Source: Isurus oxyrinchus (taxonomy: Eukaryota). Taken from it: a stretch of 64,000 bases of DNA. The position numbers and the translations under genes are program-made. Under the pieces are notes generated by a model that saw only the letters and a list, made by a program, of their open reading frames with translations, made no database searches and was not told where the DNA came from. The stretch covers positions 5,518,001 through 5,582,000 of the forward strand of contig JANJGN010000034.1 in NCBI GenBank assembly GCA_026770705.1. Direction: 5' to 3'. Positions 1 to 13,592 of the stretch are shown here, one piece after another (position 1 is the stretch's first letter; each line of letters begins with the position of its first letter).

Positions 1-629
1 TGCAAAATGCAGTTAAACCTCCTGGAGAGAATGCACAGTAAATGCTTAATTTGCATTCGATGCACTTCCATGAGTTTGATCCATGCTTTATCCAACATTT
101 GCTACAATTCAGAGGAACACCATGGAAGTTAGTGATAGTTAACTGACAAATTTACATTAGGTGTAGGGCCCTCTGGGTTATACTGAATTGTTTTTTTGTA
201 TGGGGCCGGATTCATACTCTGTCGAAATCTAAGTGGGAAAAAATGGGCTGAGCATAGGGCCGGGAGTGCATGGAAAATATATTCCTCATTTTGTACGTGA
301 AACTGAATGGGGAATAAGTCTAATACAATAATGGTTTCACTTTCCTCGCTTGATGGGGAACAAGCGATTGTTTGTCACCTGCTTTTGCAGTATTTATTAC
401 GAAAGCTTTTGCATTTAGGGTGCGAAATTAAAATCATATTGAGTCAGTTCCTACAGTTGCGTTCGATGGACATAATCTCCATATTTCTGGCGATTATTTA
501 TTGGCTGCCCACTGCCAAAATAGTGATGCAGATAGACTTTCTGTAGGATTATATTGAATTGCATTTTGTGTCCAGCGCTATCAACTACATTACTGGAAAT
601 AAACAGCAATAAGCCGAACAATGGGGATC

Positions 630-2472
630 TGCCTGAACAATCCCCATCCACCACTACTTTCCTCCGTCTGACTGAACTTGTTCTCACACTGAAAAAAATC
701 TTCTTCAACTCCTCTCACTTCCTCCAAATGAAAGGTGTGGCTATGAGTACCCACAAGGGCCCCAGCTATGCCTGTCTCTTTATGGGGTATGTGGAACATT
801 CCTTGTTCCAGTCCAACTCCGGCCACAAATCATTCTCCGGTAAATCGATGATTACTTTGATGCTGCTTCATGCTATGGTAGGGACTTGGCAAAACTTAAT
901 AATTTTGCTTCCAATCTCCACCCCTCCATCATTTTCAGGTGGTCCACCTCTGACACTTCCCTTCCCTTCCTTGGCCTCTCTGTCTCAATCTCTGTCCACC
1001 ATATCCATTACAAGCCGACCAACTCCCAAAGCAACCTCGAATACATCTCCTCATACCCAGCTTCCTCTAAGAACTCCATCACATTCTCTAAGTTCCTTCG
1101 CCTCATTTGCATCTGTTCTGATGATGCTACCTTCAAAAACAGTTCCTCTGAAATGTCCTCCTTCTTGCTTCACCGAGGTTTTCCACCCACGTGTGATTGT
1201 CAGGGCCCTCAGCCATATCCGACCCATCTCCTGTGCATCCGCTCTCACGCTCCTCCCTCACAGAGAGATGATAGGGTCCCCCTTGACTTCACTTATCACC
1301 CCACCAGCCTCCGCATTCAAAGGATTATCCTCTCCCATTTCCGCCAACTCCAGCATGATGCCACCACCTAACGCATCTTCCCTTTAAATCCCCGGCTGCA
1401 ATCTGCAAGGATCGTTCCCTCTGGGACACCCTGAACCACTCCTCCATTACCCCCTACTTCTCAAGCCCTACGTATGGCACCTCCCCATGCCCACACAAAA
1501 GATGTAATAACAGCCCCTTCAATTTCTCTCCCCTCACCGTCCAAGGGCCCAAACATTCCTTTCAAGAGAGGCCGCATTTCATTGGATTTTCCCCCAACTT
1601 TGTCTAATGCATTCCTTGCTCCCAATGAGGTCTCCTCTACATTGAAGAGACCAAACATAAACTGGGTCACCGCTTTTCAGAACACCTGCCATCTATCCAC
1701 AAGAATGACCCAAACCACCCAGTTGCTTGCCATTTTAACACTCTACACTGCTCTCTTGCCCACATGCCTGTCCTAGGCTTTCTGCATTCTTCAAATGAAG
1801 CCCAATGCGAACTGGAGGAACAGCACCTCATCTTCCGACTAGACACTTTACAGCCTTCTTGACTGAATACTGAGTTCAACATCTTCAGATCTTGAACTCC
1901 TTCCTCCATCCCCACCCCTTTCTGTTTCTTCCTCCTTCCTTTTGTTTTTTTTTTCCAATAATTTATATAGATTTTTTTCCCAACACTTTTCCATTATTTT
2001 TAAATCTTTTATGACCCCCCCAGCCCCATAGGAGGTATACTTTGAGTGCCCTACAATCCATTCTTAATACGCACATCCATTTAGGTAATGTCACCAACTT
2101 CAACATCTCTGTGTTCTTTTTTCCTTTTGTCTGTGACATCTTTTGATTATCTGCTCCTGTCACTGCTTGCTTGTCCTACAACCACACACCCCCTCCACTT
2201 CTCTCCCCCCACCCACCCAGCAGCATCCCCACAGCCACCCTCCAGGTCACTCCCCCAACTCACCCAATGTCACCCCCCTCTCAACGCCCCCCCCCCCCCC
2301 CCCAAATCCACAGACACACAATCAACCTTACACCAGCTTGTATTTCATCCCTCTCCTTGGATTCCACTTAGATTCTTTTGAAGGGTCATGAGAACTCGAA
2401 ACCTCATCTCTTTTCTCCTCTGCTGATGCTGCCAGACCTGCTGAGTTTCTCAAGGCAATTCTGTTTTGGTGA
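630..2472 (+). mobile_element. Decayed 5'-truncated Penelope-like retroelement (RT C-terminal half, GIY-YIG endonuclease, 3' end)
   Basis: RT motifs GVAMSTHKGPSYACLFMGYVE, R*IDD, FLGLSV and IHYKPT...FLRLICICSDD. GIY-YIG region YIEETKHKLGHRFSEHL, HFN and LEEQHLIFRL. Frameshifted. Terminal block gaagggtcatga...ctgctgagttt is shared with other copies in the window. Boundaries approximate. Confidence 0.9.
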
Positions 2473-3442
2473 AGAATAAGCCGCCGACCACCGTGTTCCT
2501 CATTTGCTCCAATTATGAAGCCAAAGTGTGAGGCACATTTTGCATATCTACTGCTAATTCCAATGGTGTAGACATTGGTTTTAAGTGTGCAAACATCCGG
2601 TTTTTAAAATAAGGACGGTCAGCAATCTTAATCGTTTAAACAAAGTAATTATCTGCTCGTGTTTGTGAGAATTCGATTGTCAATCTTCGAAAATTTCACT
2701 GCGCTTTCCAGTAATAACACGTTAAAATTCAGGTACACTTAGAAAGAGCAATATAATAATTAATCAAAAATGTTGCTTTGATTAAAAAAAAACATATGGT
2801 TTAAAGGTCAAAACAGAAACTGAGATTGGCGGGCTGCACTGATGATTAATAATGGATTGGCATCCAATTGGCTACAGAATTTCCATGCTAGCAGGGGATG
2901 TGCTATGGGAGAGGAGTCATGGTAATACTTCTGCGACACCTTGTTGGAATCAGAACATCTCCTTAAATATAAGAAACTGGGTTTAGCACGTGACATGCAA
3001 TGCCTTAATGTTGAACTCAGTTGGAGAATCCCCAACCAAATGAACACACGGTTACATTATCAGCCTATTTGAAAATTGACTAAAGTCAGGGATTATGAAT
3101 TTAAATTGATATATGCATTTGAATTTGTTGTCCTTAACATAATGCCAGTTTCATTAACGTGCACATCCTTCAAATAAAATTAATTAGAGGCAAATTCCAA
3201 ATTGAACAATCACGGGAATTGGGAGGACCCGGCTAGTTGACTGCAATAATAGGATATTTGCTACGGAAATTGAAAGGGAAAAGTTAGAATGTTGTAGTAT
3301 CTTCACAGTTTCTGAATGGAGGAAAACACATAAAACTCAATGACACACTTTGAAAGGAAAATCACATGTGCGTTGCGAGCAATGTCTCATTTTACACAGA
3401 ATAAGCCTCTTGGAACAGCAGCGCTATAATGAATATTTTTAG

Positions 3443-3493
3443 CGAAAGAAATGGCAGACAGAGACAACAAGAAAGCAAAAGCGCTCTGGAGTA
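3443..3493 (+). CDS. Candidate upstream 51-nt phase 1-1 exon (xKEMADRDNKKAKALWS)
   Basis: atatttttag|cgaaag...tggagta|gtaagt. Strong donor, open in phase 1, charged helical composition, but not a D/A/B/C class member. Confidence 0.45.
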
Positions 3494-4184
3494 GTAAGTC
3501 TCCAAATTCAATGAGCAACCAAAGACACTTTGATTAATATCCCAGCTGAGGTAAGACTTCTCGTGCTGCGAGGGGCTCTCTCAGCGTCAATTTTAACCCA
3601 CAGCACCAGCGAGAAATTGAATGAATTTAGCATGTTGTTTAAACGCTTAGCCATGAAAGATATTGTCAAGTAATATTTGTGGGAGGGTCAAGTAAACTAA
3701 TTTTCCTCCAGCTCTGGTGATATTGTTCTCTGGTGTTTCATTAACAATCGCCAAATTTAACCACAAATATTAATCTCAAATTACAAAATGGGAAGCGTTT
3801 AATCTAAATTTAAATATAAGTTTCATAAGTTAATCAATTAGTTTGATGTCTGTCATCCAGTATTAACATATTTTTTCAATAAGCTGCCTGTGGCATCTCC
3901 TACTGTGCGACATGTCTGCTGAGATTCATCGTTAAAGCAATACTTACATTGCTGACGAGTTGCATCATCCACGAATCCTTTGCAATGTCAAGTTGAGACG
4001 AAATATCTTATTTAAAGCTTCTGTATCTTCTATCTGCTACATTTAGCCACTGATGTAAACATTAATATTAGGCAAGCTTAACTTATGTCCAAATATGGAC
4101 ACAAGCAGGTGCAATTAGAAGATTAGGGGACCGTAACTGTCAATGGAATTATAACACCACTTGCCTCAAAGTGATTTTATTTTC

Positions 4185-4530
4185 TTCCACGGGAACTTGG
4201 GCATCGCTCGCTCGACCAACATTTGGGGAGGTGCTGGCGAACTGTCTTCTCGAACTTCTCCAAGCCACAGAGTTTAGGTACAGCCAGGGCGCTGTGAGGA
4301 AGAGTGTTCCTGGATTTTGAGAGAGTGGCATTGAATGAACATCAATGTAATTCTAAATCACGATTGTGTATGAGTAGCTGCAGAAAATGCAGGTGGGGTT
4401 GTCCCCATACATATGCTGCCATTGTCTTTCTAAGTGGAGGAGGTGAGGATTTTAAAGGCAATGACAACATGGTTCTTAGGGTTCAATGCACACCTCGGAA
4501 TGTAGTGAATGCAAATTTAAAGTGAATGAT
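4185..4530 (-). mobile_element. Decayed 3' fragment of the APE-RT LINE family seen at 56780-59590
   Basis: Reverse complement resembles the 3' tail of the copies at 20340-21070 and 38730-39400. Approximate. Confidence 0.55.
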
Positions 4531-5169
4531 GGGAGAAGAAAATGCAAACTGATTTTGTTCATTCGCAGAATTTTTGTTCTACAAATTATCAGTCTCGGTG
4601 TACACCATTGCATGCCCTACTCACTATATAAGTAGGCCCAGTCTTCTTCAGATGCTTGGTTCTCCTTATCATAAGGTTAATGCTGTGGGCCTTCTTTCTT
4701 TATTAGCAAGTTGTCAATCATTTGCAATTGCTGAAATAATGAAACAGTTCGTACCTAAAGGCAATAACACTTCGAGAACCTTGAGAAATGATTCGATCTG
4801 CGTCAAATGCTTTTTGCACCAAATAATTTGCATGAAATATTAATTTCAAACAAGAACAAATCTTATCAAACCGCTTAAAGTACTATCTTAGTGCTGATTC
4901 CCAGATCATCAACCTCCTGTCATTATTTCTGACCATTAAGTTAATTTGAGCAGCAAATTTGGTGGCTTTTAGAGCCGAACGGAGGCTTTGACCTATGCAC
5001 CTAATAACTCATGCCATAATGCTCCAAAGCCACCGTGATTATCTTTCAGTGGAATTTCTTGTGGGCAATTGAAGCCCCTCATCCTTCCAGGGAGAGTGTA
5101 GCCAGAAAAAACTTGAAGAAGCTCGGTTCCAGCTAGGGAAAAAGGAAAAGGTAAATTGATTTGTAGCCT

Positions 5170-5540
5170 CTCCACCACCGTCATTCACATCCTCCATTCC
5201 TGGTGCATAGTGACTGCACTGTGCATCATCAATAAGATGCACTATGACAGCTCTTGAAACCCCATATCACCAATGCTTTTCATGTTTGTGAAAAGCTTCC
5301 TCTTAGCAGGACCAGATCAGCAGAGTGATAGCAACACCACCACCCGTAAAATCACCATCAAGCTACAGGCTGTTCTGACTTGTAACAACATTGCCGTTCC
5401 TCTATTGCTGCTGGGTTGAAATACGGGAACCTCTACCACATGGACTGCAGTGTTTCTAGAACACAGCTGGTCATCCAATCCTGAAGAGATGTTAGGAATG
5501 AGCCTTTGTTAGTGACGCTCACAAGACATGAATACATGAA
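5170..5540 (+). mobile_element. Decayed LINE 3' fragment (same family)
   Basis: cattcacatccctccat...aagatgcact...gttctgacttg...attgccgttcct motif series shared with other copies. Confidence 0.6.
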
Positions 5541-5939
5541 CAAAACATTTAACCGAAAGCGATTGGTATACAGTTGACTCGGTCAGCCGCACAATGCATG
5601 TTCAAACCAGTTCATTGAGAAGCAAAATATGATATAAGCAAAACAATTCACTTATTCCTTGTCAGCTGTGGTAAGAGAAAATTAGCTCATTATCGTGATA
5701 TGATGATGGAAATGATGGGCTAGAGTTTCCTCTCGATGGTGTTTTTGCTGTCAGTGAAATTCCACCAGTAATAGAGCACCATGTTCAAATTGCACCTCCA
5801 GGTTGCAATCAACACACCACCCTTGCCAGCCCGTAGAGAAACTCAATCCTTTCCATTGCTGGCACAAGTTTCGAAATTTTCTTCATGAACAATTAAGTGC
5901 AATATCTCAGTGAGACTTTGCTCCCACAACTTTATCCCT

Positions 5940-6300
5940 TTGAAAAATACTTCGAGAAACATTTCATATGGAGCTTGCAGCTTTGAGAGATTCAAGGAAA
6001 ATTTCAATAACTGAACATGGAGCTCTACACCATCATTACTGTCCTCACCAAGGCCCTTCATACAGTCAATCTTGAGGTATTTTGGAAGGTATTGCAGAAA
6101 CTCAGCTGCCTTGAGAAAATAATACCATGGTTCCCCAGTTCCATGATAGCAATCTCGTGCGTTTCCTGCTCAACAGTGAGTGTGTTGAAATGCCCAGGTC
6201 TGTTATAGAGTAAAATAGATTAAGGTCATACCACTAAAGCTCCTCAACATTTGTAATCTTCATCTTCTCCAATGTGTTCTAGGGCGGAGATCCTTGTATT
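5940..6300 (+). mobile_element. Decayed RTE-clade LINE RT fragment
   Basis: ORF 6017-6208 LYTIITVLTKALHTVNLEVFWKVLQKLSCLEKII resembles the RTE RT motif LY..F.DLTKAFDTVNRE.LWK.L.K.GCP.KFI. Confidence 0.65.
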
Positions 6301-6429
6301 GATGTAGGGTATTGCGTGGATTGGAATCTGCTGGAAATGAGACGATTCCTGGAAAAGCCAAAGGCCTGCAAATGATATTAAGGAATTGTAATATTTAAAC
6401 CTGCCATGTCTTTGCCTGCTCTCCGAATG

Positions 6430-7265
6430 AGCAATTCAACTCGTGCAATTCCCCACTTTTACCCATAGCCCTCACAATCTTCCTTTTCAGATAATAACAC
6501 TATTATTTCTTCAATGTCTCTATTCAAACTGCCGCCACTACGCTCTGAAGCATTGCGCATCAGCTAATAATACATCTCCCTGTGAAAAGAAAGATTGTCA
6601 GCATGCTAGCGTTGCTTTTTTTTTTGCCTATTATGTTAAATCTGTTGGCTCCCGACCTCCATACCTGAACCAATGTTTGGACTTGGCCCTTAGAACTGCA
6701 GAGACACATCATAATTTTGCACACCTCGATAAAATACATTCTCAATTTCTCTTCATCAAGGAAAGTAGTCTCAAATTTTCTATTCTCTCTATGTAACCAA
6801 AGTTTTTCATATGAGAAGGATTGCCGTGACTTCATCTGACTCTGTCCAATGCCTAGTGATCTTCCACAAATACTGATGGCCAAAATTGGACGCAACACAT
6901 TTGAGGCCAAACAATTTTTTTCTGCTTGTTTATTGTAACCTTCTTCTTTTACTGCCGCCTCTAATAAGAAATCCTCTCTATAATGTATTTTTTACTACTC
7001 GCTTTCTCAGGAATTATTGTTACCTTCGATTATCCATGCATGTATTCACACAGGTGCATCTTGCCCTCACACCTTTTAGAATTGCTTATTTTATGGTATA
7101 TTGTCTTAGAGTAACCTTGTTATTAATAACACATCTCCTGCACATTGATTTTCATCCACCGTGTGTTCGGGGAACTCTAGCAGCTCAGCCTTTTTGGGAT
7201 ATGCACTGCCAAACTCACAGTGCACAAACGTTTGATGTATTGGATTATCTGCTCATTTCAAAATT
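6430..7265 (-). mobile_element. Decayed CR1-type LINE 3' portion
   Basis: Patchy similarity to the reverse complement of CR1 3' coding sequence (cataattttgcacacctcgataaaat, tgtccaatgcctag). Approximate. Confidence 0.55.
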
Positions 7266-8789
7266 GTGATGAGTACAGTAAGTTTTCCCTCATTAGTACT
7301 GATTAGGAAGAGTAAGTGACCAAAGCGTTCAGTAGTTCCAGCGTAGAACTGCCGGTCGCCAGAAAGAAATGTCCATTTGCGACTATTGTAAGCTTCGAAT
7401 CACTCAACAGGCTGGTGCTCCCTATTTAGAGCGCCCCTCTTACTCCAAGATCATTAACTTTCTCAGGGAGCTGTTGTGCAGCAATTCATAAAATGCATTT
7501 TGGAACATCATGTTTATAAATTCAGCTGCATTATCCTCTAAACGATCCTTCACTAAAAACCTTTAGTACAATAATTTAACACGGTTTGCCCGTGGAAGAA
7601 AAATAAGCAAAATCGAGGCTGACATTCCTTAATTATTTTGCAATTGTCCAATTGCCTATAATTTTGATGAGCATTAATGGCCCAAAACTTTCGATAAACG
7701 TATGCTCTTAAAGAGGCCAGCTTGTCAACTCACTTTGCAGAAGAGCACACTCAATGCGGCAATATGTGGATTGAACTGTACTTGATGGTATCCAGGGGAT
7801 AGAAGCACTTCTTCTTTGGCCGGTTACAATCCGTATGTAATCCAGTGTTAGTCGGCTGGTGTTTGGGGCTTAGTTGGCGAATGTCTACCACTGCGGGATG
7901 CTTACACTCCCAACGCAACGTCCTCTTCAGCAATGAGCTGATTTATTGAAATCTTGTCTTGGCAGGCAAAACAGTCACTTGGGCTCACGTTCTTTGCTAC
8001 AGTGAAGCGTGTCAATCCCTCTCATTATGCTGACCCCCTACTATGACTGTGTTCCTCTTTGCTCCCCAAATTCAATGCCTTCTGCTACATGGTCAGTTTG
8101 TTCATGCATTCTGCAGCCATTGGTCTCACCCAAGAAACCTGAGAGAACCTCGAACGTATTGGCTAATTGCACATGCTCACACTCCTGTACTTCAATACTT
8201 TGTGTACCCTTACCTGCCTCATAGGACGTCGCAGTCCCAGCCATCTTGTTGCCTCCCTGCATTAATTCCATGTTTTCACCAAATCGAACCGCTCCTCCCT
8301 TCCCAAACCTATGTTACTTACACTTCCATTGAAAACTTGAGCTTATTTTTTTTTTAGCTTACAGACTGCTTTCTCTTTTTCACTTATCTTATTGTCTCCC
8401 TGTTTTTCCTTTCCATATTCTGCCGGCTTCTACTTTGTCAAAGTAACCATGTTCAAAAATATACTTCACCATTTTACCTAGAACTTTTCGCCGGACAGTG
8501 AGCTCTCACTTTTCTTGTTATCGATTTCCCCTTGTTATGAATACACCTTTACTGGGCCCGAACCATCTCTTTGTTAAATGTGCCCCTTTATTTAGTTACC
8601 ATTTGCGCTACCATGAAAATGGCAGGAGTGGGAATGTTCCCTGATTATTGTATAAAGCTCAGAACGAGTTGTGGCTTCTCAGAGGCTGAAAAAGTCCATT
8701 CAAAATGCAGCAAGACCCGGAAAATGTCAAAGCTTGAGCGGACAAGTGGAAAGTTACATGCACACCAAGCAAATGCTCAGCAATGATGA

Positions 8790-9500
8790 TCTGCAACAAG
8801 GCTCAATATAAACATCCTCCTTGACACTCAATAGCATTATCATCACTGAATCCACCACTATCAACGTACTGGGTTTTAACGTTGACCATAAACTGAAATG
8901 GACTAGCCACGTAATTAGTATGCCTACAAGAGGAAGTCAGAAGGCAGGAAGCCTGTAGCGATTAACTCAACTCCTTACTCCCAATGGTTGTCTATAATAT
9001 ACATGTTACAAGTCAGTAGTTTGACGAAATAATTTCGACTTGTCTGGATGACTACAGTTGCAAAAAACAATCAAGAAGTCCCACAGGATCTAGGACAGAG
9101 CAGCTCAATTCAGTAGCATGCATTGCACAAACATTCCTTCCCTCCAATACCGACGGAAGTTGGTAGCAATGCATATCAATTTGTACCATCTAAAAGGTGC
9201 CCTGCAGAAACTCACCAAGGCTTCTTAGTCACAAGCCTCTAAGCCCACGATGCCCAAGGGCACGATTGTAACACTACCAAAGGGAAGATCCCTCCAGGTG
9301 AATCACCATCCTGACTTCAAAATATATTGCCCTCACTTCACCGTCGCTGGGTCAAAATTAAAAGTATGCCTCCCGGTGAACATTCACGACATGGATTGCA
9401 ACATTTCAAGATGCTGCCTCACCACCACCTTCCCAAAGAGCAATTAGTGATGGGTAACAAATGTTAGCCAAGCCAGAAGTGACCACATCCAATTAATCGA
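8790..9500 (+). mobile_element. Decayed LINE 3' fragment (APE-RT family)
   Basis: catcactgaatccaccactatcaac...gaccataaactgaaatggactagccac...caattagtgatgggtaacaaatg; collinear with 38730-39400 and 58730-59590. Confidence 0.75.
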
Positions 9501-10176
9501 TATTTAATTTTAATAAAAATTTAATTAGAATTCTTGTTGACCAGATCAATCACAAATCAGCACCACCCACTTGCCCCCAACCAAAACTCACCATACTGAA
9601 ATTGTTTTTCCCCAGTTAACTATTTTGCCCATGGTTATTCGTTGTCTGCTTTCAATAAGCTCACTAATCCTTAGGACAAAATGACCAATGCCTCCGAAAA
9701 TGGTATCCTACTGACTTTTGTGCTGCTACATCAAGCTCATTTCCAAAAAAGCCAATCCATCAGTGACTATTTTTTTCCTTGAGCTGAAAACATACTGTAG
9801 TTTTTTTTTCCTGAACACAAATTAGAAATCATGCAAATCTTGGCTGTGTGCAAAGAAAACTGTCCTAGTCTATGTTCGATTACTAATGTCTCCTGCAATA
9901 ACATAATATAACGTAACACCAGCTGGTGGTTCTGAGCTGGACATTTAATTGTTTGTTGAACTTGTCCCCAAGCTATTTGACGAGTGTGCCTAGCGATCAC
10001 TATTATGAAATCAGATATAATGCACCAATCTGATCCAGGAATTATCATATACAAATATTAGAGTGGATTACGTTCGCTGATCACTTTAGCACATTTGTTC
10101 AAGCTGTCTCTAACGACAGCAACACGATTACAATAATTGTACATACTTTGCAGCCGGGAGAAGAATTCGAAGACAA

Positions 10177-10310
10177 AAACAAAATACTGGGCATGCTCAA
10201 AATCTGAAACAAGAACGACAATTGCTGGAAAACATCAGCTGGTCTTTAAGCGTCTGGGGAGAGGAAGACAGAGTTAACATTTCGAGTCCATGTGCCTCAT
10301 CAGCAGAAGA
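10177..10310 (-). mobile_element. Penelope-like terminal fragment
   Basis: tgctggaaaacatcagctggtc...gagttaacatttcgagtcc is the degenerate reverse complement of the PLE terminal block. Confidence 0.65.
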
Positions 10311-11282
10311 ATTCGAATGCCAATTTGAGAATTATGTCCATTAAATGTTCCCTCGTTTTGCAGAACTGGGGTTGTCGAGCCCAGTGTTGCTGCAGCTGGC
10401 AGAAAGAAAATATGTATATTGGAATCATTTCAGTGGTAGAAGCAAAAACCCGAGGGGAGGAAAAACCCGGGAAGAAATTCGACAAAAACTGAATAGTCTT
10501 TGAAAACTTTGTTATTTTCAGCTGAAGCATATGGGCGCAACTCATACCTAAGGCCCCAGAAGAACCATCCAAACACACGGGCTGTGAAGATCGTCACAAT
10601 GATCTTGAATGATGCACAAACATAAACAAAAACATAAAGAGCATTGCACAATTAGTTATGGATTTTTATGAGCTCATGCGCTTCACTGGAAATTCAATTT
10701 CCACTAAATGACTCACAAACATTTTTAAATGTCATATCTTTTATTGCCTCCTTAGAAAACCCGGCAACGTGTTGCATCTACTCACAACTATCAGATTTAC
10801 CGCGCGATTTCAAAAGTTTATTTTGTTCTAAAGCCATCTTCAGCTTTGGTAATCAAGCATTACCAAGTTGCCAGCTAAAACTGTCAAATAATGTATGGAA
10901 ACTTACTTTACAAATATCACAGCAAATTCAGTTAAAGGAAATAAGCCACTATCGTGTTTGAAACACTTAGTCTTTTTTGATAAGCTACATCCATTGAACT
11001 CTTTATGCTCACACGGGGAAGCTAACAACATGACACATATTCATGGTCTCTATTGCTGTATTCAAGCATTCTGAACATGAACATAATACCTTAATACATA
11101 TAATTAACAGCACGATCTTAAAATACATTCCTATATCAATTAAAATGCACAATGAAACATGCATGTTAAATTGTTTCATAATTAGTAAACCAGGCCTCTG
11201 TTCAACATGTCTACAAATGAAGAACATTACCTCTAATGATAAGGCTAAATCAAGTGAAACAATTGTGTGTGTTTTGTTTTAG

Positions 11283-11321
11283 GTGCATGTGATGAAGACT
11301 CGGTAGATAAAGCGGGAATAG
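11283..11321 (+). CDS. Candidate 39-nt phase 1-1 exon (xACDEDSVDKAGI)
   Basis: Strong acceptor gtgttttgttttag|gtgcat, weak donor aatag|gttgtg. Open in phase 1, about 380 nt upstream of exon D1. Confidence 0.35.
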
Positions 11322-11700
11322 GTTGTGTGGGCTATAGGGCTAGGGAGTAAAAGTCCTTCTTAGTGACTGATGAATCGATTTAATTAAAAATCGTCACGGC
11401 TGTGTGTTTCTGGTGATGTTGTCAGTGGAATTAGTCCCTGTCAGGAAATCCTGCTCTTTCTGAACCAAATCGGATACTCAAACATCCTGTTCTCAGCACT
11501 TAACTTATGCTATGGAGTCGCCCCTCCATTAATGAACGTTAGGGAGCCTCTCCTGTTAGCACCCCACCTCTCTCCAACCCGCCACAGCCCGTCAACCCAA
11601 CCGCTGCCCACCCACACCCCCCTCCCCCCGTCCGCCCCCTCACCAAATACGCACACAAAATGCATGTTGTTGCTCAGTTTCTGAATCTTTTTTTTTTCAG

Positions 11701-11736
11701 ATCTGAAGGCATTGAAAGCACAGGTCAATGATTTAG
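11701..11736 (+). CDS. Micro-exon D1 (36 nt) DLKALKAQVNDL
   Basis: tttttttttcag|atctgaagg...gatttag|gtgggg; matches D class (L2, L5, K6, hydrophobic 9). Confidence 0.8.
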
Positions 11737-13565
11737 GTGGGGTGCTATTCTCTAATGCAGCAATTAAATACGTCATGTAAAGCAAAATGTGTATCCTGCG
11801 AAGTCATTGAACCATGGATTTGTGTAAGGTGGAAGGAGTCACTAATTTCCAAATTGCTGCTGCCAACTGTTTGACTCAATGACCAAACATTGCCTCTCGC
11901 TGTTCTTTTTCACAGCGAACCTGTATTCTTTCCTTTTGAAAGCCACTTGTTTAGTTAAATCCACCAGCTTTCGAGGCAATGCATTCAAAATCATGTCAAT
12001 AATTTGTTGTTAAAAGACCCTCCTTTATTATTTGATGCATTTGTCAGTTTCCCTAAACATATGCTGCCAGCTATTCACTCTTCTTTCACTGGAAACAGTG
12101 ATCCTGACTTATTTTTTATGAGCACTTAAAGTTTTGAAAACACTTTGAAACATATTCCGTTAATGTCATAGAAGGAATGTTCCACATCATATGGCACTTT
12201 CACAAAACTGATATCCTGCAAAGTTATTGCAGTTTCAAACAGCATCATTTGAGGAAGTGCATTCCATAACATAAGAACAACTCGCTGCTAAAACTATTGA
12301 TGGCAATCGTCTCTCCCTTTTGCTGCTTTGTCTGTTGCATCAAATCTTGGACTTCTGCTGATTCAACTTCGCTCATATGGCATCTCCGGTCATATTGAAT
12401 CCTGTTCAGGGGCAAGTTCCTTCTGCACTGCTATAATAATGGCTAAGTTTATTATCAGTGCTCTCCTTTCAATTTTCGCTGTATTTATAAGATGCCAAGT
12501 GCTATGTCATATTTATGTTACAAGTTTTGTCACCGTTCAATAATGTATTTGAAATGATTGTTAGATCAATTCAACACTACCATTGTCTGGCCCATTAAAT
12601 CATATACGTTGCTTTACGTTGAACTTATTCAGTGATGCAACATTACGGAGAAATGCATTGTCTCGTCCTGTCAGGCGCTAGTCTTTTCACAAATCGCCAC
12701 ACAGTTCGATGGTTTTGAATTGTTTAAAGATAACTGCATTATTTTCCTCTCACATGAGGATGCTGCCCTCACCCAAACCCTCTCTTCCTCCACTGTTCAA
12801 ATATACTGTTACTAGTCATTTAAGTCGCTGGTTCATTAGATTCTATCCCAATAAAACTAATGCACCTTTACACAGTGTTTGTGCCAATGCCGGATAAAAT
12901 GAAACACAATGATTTTGGTACTAATATTTTAGTCAAACCTTCAAATCTTCTCTCTTTAAATTTTTACCAATTCGAAAGCACCACCAGCAAGAGCCAAGAT
13001 GTTGTTCACTTTCTAGTAAAGGTCATTTAATTGGCCCCTGGTTCATTAAAAGACGACCAGCTATGGTGCCATTTATGGTCACTGTGTGCCCTTGGTTTCT
13101 AGATGATTGACATCAATTCTATTTTCCAATGTATCCTCAAAGTTCATGCTCCAGATGAACCCGAACACCAGCCTGGTAACACAATTTTGCAACACCTGGT
13201 TGTCGAAGGAGGGAACATCCATCTCCCGGGCACTAAAAGCACCGACACATCACTTTCCCCTTGCCCATAACGTGGTAATTGACAGACACACCAACGTCAA
13301 CTCATCATATCTGGCATGCGCACTACAATCTTTCCCCATCCTCATGGATGCGTCAATTAGAAAGCACTTTGAATTAAGGGCCGATGACCCACCGTCCTTT
13401 AGGGCTGAATGTGTTGTGCTTTCACTGAGCTAGCTCGTGGTCCCATCCATTTATCCCTGACAGTTAGACATCGTTGGGGCTATGTTAGCAAATGAAGTTC
13501 AGACCAGTTCAACTGTGCCAAGTGTCTAACCATGCGCTAAATTTCTATGTATTTTTTTATTTCAG

Positions 13566-13592
13566 AGAATAAACTCCAAAAGTGCCTTAAAG
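13566..13592 (+). CDS. Micro-exon A1 (27 nt) ENKLQKCLK
   Basis: tttttatttcag|agaataaac...cttaaag|gtgagt; KL..C motif. Confidence 0.9.

Noticed and set aside
2180-2305. Pro-rich ORFs in a C-rich tract
   Set aside because: Low-complexity part of the Penelope 3' UTR; similar C-runs occur in the copy at 29095-29405.
10364-10435. 72-nt phase 1-1 candidate exon ELGLSSPVLLQLAERKYVYWNHFS
   Set aside because: Good acceptor but weak donor (gtagaa) and no similarity to the exon classes; unsupported without transcripts.
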